64,000 nucleotides of DNA from a bacterium HR37 (GTDB lineage: Bacteria > Desulfobacterota_D > UBA1144 > Nemesobacterales > CSP1-2): contig BEIN01000002.1 in the NCBI GenBank assembly GCA_002898375.1, positions 64,347 through 128,346 on the forward strand, given 5' to 3'. Shown in pieces: positions 1-7,204 of the stretch. The notes under the pieces are model-generated. The model had not been told where the DNA came from. It did not search any database and saw nothing but the letters and a program-made list of their open reading frames with translations. How positions within the stretch are numbered: position 1 is the first letter of the stretch; every line of letters starts with the position of its first letter. A program made the translations under genes and the position numbers.

Positions 1-32
1 ATCAGTGACCTTATTATGTCCTCAAGAGCCAT
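1..32 (-). CDS. Possible 5' end of a gene running off the left edge (MALEDIIRSL...)
   Basis: ATG at 32-30 on the minus strand with an open frame to the edge. Too short to identify. Confidence 0.3.
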   Translation of the reverse strand, partial: MALEDIIRSL

Positions 33-149
33 TTTCTAAAAACAATATAACCTGGTAACCTGAAGCCTTCAAATATACTGTGTGTGATTTGGACTTCTTT
101 TCAACCTGAGTTTCGGGTAACATTTGAGAAAAAACCGGGAGAAAAGAGT

Positions 150-1064
150 ATGCGTGAAGAAATCCCAGAGGGTTTTTTCTGTAGTGAGCTCTCAGTTGAA
201 TCTGGGGAGAATATGTTTGGAACTGCCCCAAGGGTTGATCTATGGTTGCTCCTGGAGTACAGAGGACATTGGGATGAAAATGCACTACCATCGGTTAGGA
301 TTCCAGAGGATGTAAGGGATCGCCTTTTTAAGTCTTTTGCCTCTATCCCGAACTCGCGCATCCAGTTAATTAAGCGCCACAGTTATAAAAACCCTGATGA
401 TCCCTTAAGACTGTATGTGGTTGTTTCAAAGGAGCTGGAGCCAAAGCTCTATGAGCTTTCCTTCTCTGATTACCCTGATCTGCTGGGTTTTGATATCCGC
501 AAACTGATATCTCAAGATAGATACCTAAGAGATAGCCCGGTTTTCCTTGTGTGTACCCACGGTACATACGATAGGTGCTGTGGTAAATTTGGTATACCGG
601 TTTATCTGGAGGCCTTAAAAAACGAGAGAGATTATATCACATGGCAGTGTAGCCATGTTGGTGGGCATAGATTTGCACCAAATATTTTGTGTTTTCCCCA
701 CGGAATTTACTACGGTCGTGTTGGTAAGGGTGAGGTTACAAACATTATTTCAGACTATAAAAACGGAATATTGAATCTTGAAAAGTACAGAGGTCGCTGC
801 TGTTTTAACCCTGAGGTTCAGGCAGCAGAGTACTTTCTTAGGGCAAATACCGGTGTGGTAGGTATTTCAGAGATACGTTTTAATAAGGCCAGTGAAGTTG
901 AAAAAGATACATGGTTGGTTGAATTTTTTGTGGAGGCTGATGATAAAACTTATTGGGTCTGTGTTAAGAAAGAATCGGGAGCTATTCTTGGTTATATGAG
1001 TTGTGGAGATAAGACCAAGTCTCCTATAGCCCAGTACAAGTTGGTTGATTTTAAAAGACTGTAA
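150..1064 (+). CDS. Sucrase/ferredoxin-like (thioredoxin-like [2Fe-2S], Apd1/Aim32-type) protein
   Basis: VCTHGTYDRCCG, WQCSHVGGHRFAPN and YYGRV motifs. ATG 150 follows GGGAG; the ORF track starts at 84. Confidence 0.85.
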   Translation: MREEIPEGFFCSELSVESGENMFGTAPRVDLWLLLEYRGHWDENALPSVRIPEDVRDRLFKSFASIPNSRIQLIKRHSYKNPDDPLRLYVVVSKELEPKLYELSFSDYPDLLGFDIRKLISQDRYLRDSPVFLVCTHGTYDRCCGKFGIPVYLEALKNERDYITWQCSHVGGHRFAPNILCFPHGIYYGRVGKGEVTNIISDYKNGILNLEKYRGRCCFNPEVQAAEYFLRANTGVVGISEIRFNKASEVEKDTWLVEFFVEADDKTYWVCVKKESGAILGYMSCGDKTKSPIAQYKLVDFKRL

Positions 1065-1128
1065 TTCCCCTGCTTAAAGGTTGATTGTTGTCTTTTAGTA
1101 TGTATATTTAATTACCTCTGGAGAAGCT

Positions 1129-1773
1129 ATGGGAGATAATGCTTTAAAGATTCCAAAGGATCAGATCTACGAGGAAAGAAAAAGAGAGCTTGAGAGGGCT
1201 ATTCGTATTGCGCAAAGAGAGTGGGAGAATATAGGGGTTTCATTAGAACTCTGTGGGGATATAGGAAGGTTTTGTAAAAGCGATTTCATGATAGGTATAA
1301 TTGAGGAAGACATTATAATAAGAGAGCCTCTTATAAGCCCTACGAAGTCTGTTTCAGGGTATTCTCCTACTTTCTATCCCATGTATTTTGTAAGGAACCT
1401 CCTTTTAATGGATCAGAAGCTACCACAGTATGGATATAAAACGGTAGAGGCCCTTTATGTTTTTACGGAGCTTGTACCCAAGGCGGTTGAGAGACTGGGG
1501 CTTTTGGGTAAGTTCAGTATGGCTTTTGGAAATGGTTATGCATATGTCCGTACGGGATGGATTGCTGAGAAGGGAAATCCCTGGGAAAGAGAGTATTTCT
1601 TTAAGATGTTTTTTAAGGGAAGAAAGGTAGATTATGATTGGGATTTCCACTGGACCTCTGTTAAAGAAAGACTAAAAAGGATATTTCAAAAATTTATGGA
1701 ATGGCAAAATGACCCAAACCTTTACGCAAGGGAGATAAAACCCAGGGTAAGGGTTAAACCCATGATGGTTTAG
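1129..1773 (+). CDS. Hypothetical protein, 214 aa
   Basis: Long ORF with GGAG SD and upstream TTGATT-16-TATATT (1081-1108). No motif recognised. Confidence 0.75.
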   Translation: MGDNALKIPKDQIYEERKRELERAIRIAQREWENIGVSLELCGDIGRFCKSDFMIGIIEEDIIIREPLISPTKSVSGYSPTFYPMYFVRNLLLMDQKLPQYGYKTVEALYVFTELVPKAVERLGLLGKFSMAFGNGYAYVRTGWIAEKGNPWEREYFFKMFFKGRKVDYDWDFHWTSVKERLKRIFQKFMEWQNDPNLYAREIKPRVRVKPMMV

Positions 1774-1781
1774 GGCCTTTT

Positions 1782-3149
1782 TCAGATTATCCCAATGTCC
1801 TCATAACCTTCTGCAAGGTTTTCAAAGCTTGGAACCCCAAGCTTTTCAAGAAAAGCAAGCCTTATAGTTCCCGTTGGTCCGTTTCTCTGTTTACCTATTA
1901 TGATCTCTGCGATTCCATCCTTTTGCTCCTGTTCCTCAGGCTTTGTTCTGTATGCATCTGCTCTGTGGATAAATATCACAACATCTGCATCCTGCTCAAG
2001 TGCCCCACTTTCCCTCAGATCAGCAAGCTGGGGAACCCTATTTGCTCTGGCCTCTGTCTGACGGCTGAGCTGGGATACAGCTATAACGGGGACCTGAAGC
2101 TCCTTTGCCAGAGCCTTAAGGGAAGCAGAGATTTCTGCAATCTCTCTTTCTCTGGTTTCGGCCCTTCCCGTACCTCGCATAAGCTGTAGGTAATCTACCA
2201 TGATAAGGTCAAGACCTTTCTCCTTCTTCTGTCTTCTTGCCTTGGCTCTTAGTTCTAAAACGTTAATTGCCGGTGTATCATCTATGTATATCTTTGCCCT
2301 GCTGAAGATATCTGCTGCTTTTATCAGTTTTTCGAGTTCCTCTGCTTTTAGGTATCCACTTCTTATATTTGAGAAGCTTACCTTTGAGACGATAGATAAC
2401 ATTCTAAGCATTAACTGTTCTTTTGTCATTTCCAGTGAAAATATTCCCACTGAAAGACCATGTTCAACGGCTGCGTGTATCGCAATGTTAAGACAAAAAG
2501 AGGTCTTACCCAAACCGGGTCTTGCTGCAACTATTATAAGGTCTGATGGTTGAAGCCCAGATGTCATGCGGTCTAGCTTTTCAAAACCTGTTGGAACCCC
2601 TGTTATTATCTCTTTGCGTGCGTGAAGTGTTTCTATAATCTCTAGTGCCTTTGCAGCCAGTTCTCTTGATTCATAAAAGCTTGGTTTTACCTTGTGCTGG
2701 GCTATATCAAGAATTGCGTGTTCAGCCCTATCAATGAAATCATCAACGTCGATACCTTCCTGTTGAGCGCGATTTGCAATATCCGTTGCCACAAGGACAA
2801 GTTTTCTTAAAATTGCCTTCTCTTTTACAAGCTTTGCATAGTATGCGATGTTTACGGTTGAGGGGACAACCTCGGTAAGATAGGTAAGGTAAGAACTGCC
2901 CCCTACCTCTTCTAGAAGTTTTCCCTTTGATTTTAGGTAGTCAAATAGGGTAAGTATGTCTATTGGCTTGTTGTTCCTATCGAGCTCAATCATTGCGTCA
3001 AATATCTTTCTGTGTGCTTCCTTATAGAAGTCCTCAGGAGTCAGTATTTCCAGAACCTGATTTATTAGACTTCCCTCTATAAGAATAGCTCCAAGAACGG
3101 CCTGTTCAGCCTCTATGTTTTGTGGAAGCGGTTTAGATAGGGTTACCAT
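1782..3149 (-). CDS. dnaB: Replicative DNA helicase
   Basis: PQNIEAEQAVLG N-terminus, Walker A ARPGLGKT, DYLQLM, LRESGALEQDAD, KQRNGP. Confidence 0.98.
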   Translation of the reverse strand: MVTLSKPLPQNIEAEQAVLGAILIEGSLINQVLEILTPEDFYKEAHRKIFDAMIELDRNNKPIDILTLFDYLKSKGKLLEEVGGSSYLTYLTEVVPSTVNIAYYAKLVKEKAILRKLVLVATDIANRAQQEGIDVDDFIDRAEHAILDIAQHKVKPSFYESRELAAKALEIIETLHARKEIITGVPTGFEKLDRMTSGLQPSDLIIVAARPGLGKTSFCLNIAIHAAVEHGLSVGIFSLEMTKEQLMLRMLSIVSKVSFSNIRSGYLKAEELEKLIKAADIFSRAKIYIDDTPAINVLELRAKARRQKKEKGLDLIMVDYLQLMRGTGRAETREREIAEISASLKALAKELQVPVIAVSQLSRQTEARANRVPQLADLRESGALEQDADVVIFIHRADAYRTKPEEQEQKDGIAEIIIGKQRNGPTGTIRLAFLEKLGVPSFENLAEGYEDIGII

Positions 3150-3164
3150 TTCAGTACATTTTAG

Positions 3165-3193
3165 ATTCTATACACATACTAACAAACCTTCAA
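3165..3193 (-). promoter_or_regulatory. sigma70-type promoter of dnaB
   Basis: TTGAAG (3193-3188), 17 bp, TAGAAT (3170-3165). Confidence 0.65.
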
Positions 3194-3194
3194 G

Positions 3195-3917
3195 TTACAC
3201 ACCAAGTAAAAGCCTATCGGCAAGCCATTTGTCAAGACCAGCTTTTACTATCTTTGCCTGTGCCTTTGGTATATCGTAGTTAACCCGGATAAACCGTATC
3301 GACTTTTCCACAGTATCGTATATCAGAAAAGAAGCCCGTGGATCCCTATCTCTTGGTTGCCCTATGCTACCCGGGTTAATAAGGTATTTTTTGTCTGGTT
3401 TTATTCTGAATTCGTTATGAAACAAGGACTGAACTTCTCCATTACAAAATACATATGAGATTCTTACATGGGTGTGTCCGAAGAAACATATACTTTGGTC
3501 CTGCATTAGCTTAAATTCCATAAGGGCATCGTAGGTTGAGAGGATGTAGAGGTCTGGGTCGGATATGGAGCCATGAACTGCTATAAATTCCCCATATTGC
3601 CTTGTATCGGGTAAATTCCACAGAAACTCTTTGTTTTCCTGGGTTAGGGTGTTTCGTGTCCAGAGTATTGCCTTTTTAGCAACTGGATTAAAGCCAATTG
3701 GCTCTTTTTTCCCACATGCAACAGCATCGTGGTTACCTGATATTGATTCTATACCCCGTTGTTTTAGCGTGTCTATACACTCGTTTGGATTCGCTCCGTA
3801 TCCTACTATGTCTCCAAGGCATATTACCTTGTCTGCACGGATTCTGTCTATCTCTTTAAGAGCACTGTTTAGAGCCTCAAGATTTCCGTGTATATCGGAG
3901 ATAATAGCGTATATCAT
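3195..3917 (-). CDS. Metallophosphoesterase (calcineurin-like, MJ0912-type)
   Basis: SDIHGN, GDIVGYG, GNHD, HGS, GHTH, INPGSIGQPRD. Confidence 0.9.
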   Translation of the reverse strand: MIYAIISDIHGNLEALNSALKEIDRIRADKVICLGDIVGYGANPNECIDTLKQRGIESISGNHDAVACGKKEPIGFNPVAKKAILWTRNTLTQENKEFLWNLPDTRQYGEFIAVHGSISDPDLYILSTYDALMEFKLMQDQSICFFGHTHVRISYVFCNGEVQSLFHNEFRIKPDKKYLINPGSIGQPRDRDPRASFLIYDTVEKSIRFIRVNYDIPKAQAKIVKAGLDKWLADRLLLGV

Positions 3918-3924
3918 GCTTTCC

Positions 3925-5256
3925 TTACGTGTGGTTTACAATTACCACACCTATATCCATTACATTCGTTCCGGTTGGCCCTGTTTTAATAAGGTCACCA
4001 AGTCTTTCAAAAAAAGTGTAAGAATCGTTTCTCGATAAGTGTTCTCTTGCACTTAAATTTATCTGTCTTGCCCTTATTCTGGTCTTCCCATCACAAATTG
4101 CTCCTGCAGCATCTGTTGGTCCGTCAATACCGTCTGTACCGCAGAAGAGACCAACAATGTTTCGGTTCATTATCTCCATAGAAAACGCAAGGGCCATCTC
4201 TGTGTTTCTGCCACCTCTACCTGAGCCTGTAACAGTAACTGTTGTTTCCCCCCCAAAGATAATACAGGCGGGTTTTTTTATTGGTATATCCAGCCTTTCT
4301 ACATCCATTGCTATTGCAGCTACTACCTTTGCCACCTCTCTTGCTTCACCGTGTATTTGTGATGAAAGGACTATGGGGTTATATCCAAACTCGCTTGCCT
4401 TTTTCTCAGCTGCTATAAGGGACTTAAAGTTGCTTCCTACAATCACAGTTTGAACCTTCTCCGGATCAAATTCCCCTTCTTTAAGGGTTTCGGGTATGTT
4501 ACCACGTCTTCCTTCCTCTAGGTGGACAACTACCTGAGGGGGAATTTTATGTTCTAGTCTAAGTGCTTCTATTACACGCCATGCATCTTCAAAGGTGGTT
4601 GAGTCTGGCACTGTTGGGCCAGAAGCTATTACATCGAGCTTATCACCAACAACGTCTGATAGCACAAGCGTTATTACCTGAGCCGGTAGGGCATGTTTAA
4701 GTAAACCTCCACCTTTGATCTGAGAGATGTGTTTTCTAACAGCGTTAAGCCCATGTGTGTCAACACCGGAAACAAGAAGCATCTCTGTTACTTTTCTTTT
4801 GTCTTCCAGTGATAGGCCAGGTGATGGCATTGCAAGAAGTGCACTTCCACCACCCGATATTAGGAAGATTACCAGGTCATCTTCCCGTGTAACCTGGAGA
4901 AGTTTCAATACCTCTTTTGCTGCTAAAAGTGATCTTTCATCGGGTATCGGATGACTCGAGAGGAGAAACCTAAGTCTTGAAAAGCTAAAAGGTGGATAGG
5001 AATTGGAGATCACAATCCCGTCGGTAATCCTTTCTCCAAGCACCTCCTCTATTGCCCTTGCCATAGAGGGTGCAGCCTTTCCAAAGGCTATAACGAAAAC
5101 GGATCTGTACCTTCTTAAGTTGTATTCTCTGTTTTCTATCCTTAAGGTATCTCCTTCCAGTAGAACGTGTTCCAGTACACACCTCTGTGGGTTTGCTGCT
5201 TCAAGGGCCTCTTTAAATATCTCAATTGCATGTTCTCTTGTGGTTTTGAAATCCAT
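3925..5256 (-). CDS. Glycerate 2-kinase (MOFRL family)
   Basis: FGKAA, LISGGGSAL, VRKHISQIKGG, SDVVGD, ASGPT, GGETTV, GRGGRN, GTDGIDG, TGPTGTNVMD. ATG 5256 lies 1 nt after the nuoE stop. Confidence 0.93.
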   Translation of the reverse strand: MDFKTTREHAIEIFKEALEAANPQRCVLEHVLLEGDTLRIENREYNLRRYRSVFVIAFGKAAPSMARAIEEVLGERITDGIVISNSYPPFSFSRLRFLLSSHPIPDERSLLAAKEVLKLLQVTREDDLVIFLISGGGSALLAMPSPGLSLEDKRKVTEMLLVSGVDTHGLNAVRKHISQIKGGGLLKHALPAQVITLVLSDVVGDKLDVIASGPTVPDSTTFEDAWRVIEALRLEHKIPPQVVVHLEEGRRGNIPETLKEGEFDPEKVQTVIVGSNFKSLIAAEKKASEFGYNPIVLSSQIHGEAREVAKVVAAIAMDVERLDIPIKKPACIIFGGETTVTVTGSGRGGRNTEMALAFSMEIMNRNIVGLFCGTDGIDGPTDAAGAICDGKTRIRARQINLSAREHLSRNDSYTFFERLGDLIKTGPTGTNVMDIGVVIVNHT

Positions 5257-5257
5257 G

Positions 5258-5731
5258 TTAATCTGCACGAAGTTTTTCTATAAGTTCGTCTATCTTTTTT
5301 CTTGTAAGGTTTTCGTAGAGTTCATCATCAACAAGCATTACTGGTGCGGTGCCGCAAGAGGCTAGGCATTCTGCCTCAAAGAAGGTGATCTTCCCATCAG
5401 GGGTTGTCTCTCCGGGTTTTATCCCGAGTTTTTCAGAAATGTAGTGTTCTACCTGTTGTGCCCCTCTAAGAGCACAGGGAAGTGTTCTACATAGCCATAT
5501 GATGTGTTTCCCAACGGGTTTTGTAAAAAACATAGTGTAGAAGGTTGCTACATTTTGCACATCTGCGGGGGGAATTGAGAGGAGTTCTGCTACCTCTTTC
5601 ATTGAATCAAGTGATAACCAGCCGTATTCACGTTGAACTTCGTGCAAAACAGGGATAAGTGCAGATTGCTTTGTTTCATATTTTGACATAATCTTTTTGA
5701 TCCTTTCCTTCAGGTCTTCTGAGAAAGCCAT
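5258..5731 (-). CDS. nuoE: NADH-quinone oxidoreductase subunit E ([2Fe-2S])
   Basis: SALIPVLHEVQREYGW, VATFYTMF, CRTLPC...ECLASCGTAP. Confidence 0.9.
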   Translation of the reverse strand: MAFSEDLKERIKKIMSKYETKQSALIPVLHEVQREYGWLSLDSMKEVAELLSIPPADVQNVATFYTMFFTKPVGKHIIWLCRTLPCALRGAQQVEHYISEKLGIKPGETTPDGKITFFEAECLASCGTAPVMLVDDELYENLTRKKIDELIEKLRAD

Positions 5732-5881
5732 CCTTTTCCTAATCTCCCAAAAGGTAGTTTTTGTTTAAGATTACATAGTTTGGAGGAGAGTGCAAGCATT
5801 GGATCAGATTAAATATAGGAAGCACTTTCTTCAACGAGTCTATCCATATAAAATAAATAAATCCTCCTTTAGGCAAATGTT

Positions 5882-7186
5882 GTGTTGGGGAATACGAGAA
5901 GAGTTGCAATAGTCTGTGGAATAAGAACACCCTTTATAAGAGCGGGTACCCTGTTTAGGGATTTATCATCTCTTGATCTGGGTAGGATTGTAACCGTTGA
6001 GCTTATAAACCGCTCTGAGGTGGATCCGGAAGATATAGATGAGGTTGTATTTGGATCTATGGTGTCTGTAGCAAGAACACCAAACCTTGCAAGGGATATT
6101 GCACTGGCTTCTGGTATTGGAGCCTCTACCCCCGCATACACCGTTACAATGTCTTGTATCTCCGGTATTCGTGCTTTTACCAGTGCTTTAGAAAGCATAG
6201 CCCTTGGTAACAGGGATACGGTATTGGTAGGTGGGGTGGAGTCGTTTTCTGAATGCGCTTCCTCCTTATCTTCCAAGATGTTTAATATAAAATTAAAAAA
6301 TGGTTCTTTTAAAACAGTGGGTTTGTTGCAGAGGGTAAATGCGTTTTTGGGTAATGGCTCTTACAAGCTGTCTTTTGGCCTTCCCTTTCTGTTAGATGCC
6401 TCAGCTGGCATTACCCTGGGAGAGTCAGCAGAGAAAATGGCTAGAAAGCACTCCATAACCCGCAGGGAGCAGGATGAGTTTGCTGCAAGAAGCCATAATC
6501 TTGCTTCTATATCTGCTAAGGACGGTAGGTTTGGGGAAGAGATTGTTTCTTTGCTGTTACCCCCTGATTTTTCAACTCTGGTGTGTAGTGATAATGGAGT
6601 ATGTAAGGATATATCAGTTGAGGCACTTTCTAAAGAAGAACCGATTTTTGATAGAAGGTATGGTACAGTTACCTTTGGAAACTCTTCTTACCTTAGTGAT
6701 GGTGCTTCGGCTGTTCTTCTTATGGCTGAGGAAAAAGCAAGGGCTTTGGGTTATAACCCTCTGGGATACGTTAGAGCATATGCATATGCCTCTGCCTCTG
6801 TTTGTACAGATGAGAAGCTTCTTATGGGACCGGCTTATTCAACCCCGATAGCCTTAGAGCTTGCAGAACTTACATTAAGGGAAATTGACTTAGTGGAGAT
6901 ACAGGAGACATTTGCTGCACAGGTTCTTTCCAATGCAAGAGCCTTTGCTTCAAAGAAGTTTGCCAAGGAGGATCTTAATAGAAGCAATCCTGTTGGGGAA
7001 ATCGAATTGGAAAGGCTAAATGTTCTTGGTGGCTCCATTGCCATAGGTCATCCATTTGGAGCCAGCGGTCTTGGTGTTATTGTAACGCTCCTTAATGAGC
7101 TAAAACGCAGGGACAGAAATTTTGGTCTAGTATGTATGTCTGCATCCGGGGGGTTAGGTGTATCGATTATACTGGAAAGGGAATAA
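5882..7186 (+). CDS. fadI: FadI-type 3-ketoacyl-CoA thiolase homolog with substituted catalytic motifs
   Basis: RTPF, GGVES, LNVLGGSIAIGHPF and the FadI-type FASKKFAKEDL insertion. HEAF appears as QETF and CAAGG as SASGG. GTG start. Confidence 0.85.
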   Translation: MLGNTRRVAIVCGIRTPFIRAGTLFRDLSSLDLGRIVTVELINRSEVDPEDIDEVVFGSMVSVARTPNLARDIALASGIGASTPAYTVTMSCISGIRAFTSALESIALGNRDTVLVGGVESFSECASSLSSKMFNIKLKNGSFKTVGLLQRVNAFLGNGSYKLSFGLPFLLDASAGITLGESAEKMARKHSITRREQDEFAARSHNLASISAKDGRFGEEIVSLLLPPDFSTLVCSDNGVCKDISVEALSKEEPIFDRRYGTVTFGNSSYLSDGASAVLLMAEEKARALGYNPLGYVRAYAYASASVCTDEKLLMGPAYSTPIALELAELTLREIDLVEIQETFAAQVLSNARAFASKKFAKEDLNRSNPVGEIELERLNVLGGSIAIGHPFGASGLGVIVTLLNELKRRDRNFGLVCMSASGGLGVSIILERE

Positions 7187-7204
7187 GAGGGGATTTAGCA
7201 AATT

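Noticed and set aside
1782-3149. Intein or intron in dnaB (also considered for nrdJ)
   Set aside because: Lengths are normal and motifs are contiguous; no splicing or homing-endonuclease signatures.
5869-6276. 135-aa antisense ORF, and the many other 60-260 aa ORFs nested in or antisense to identified genes (e.g. 22393-23178, 54514-55293)
   Set aside because: They are shadows of well-supported genes, with no motifs and S/F/L/P-rich antisense composition.
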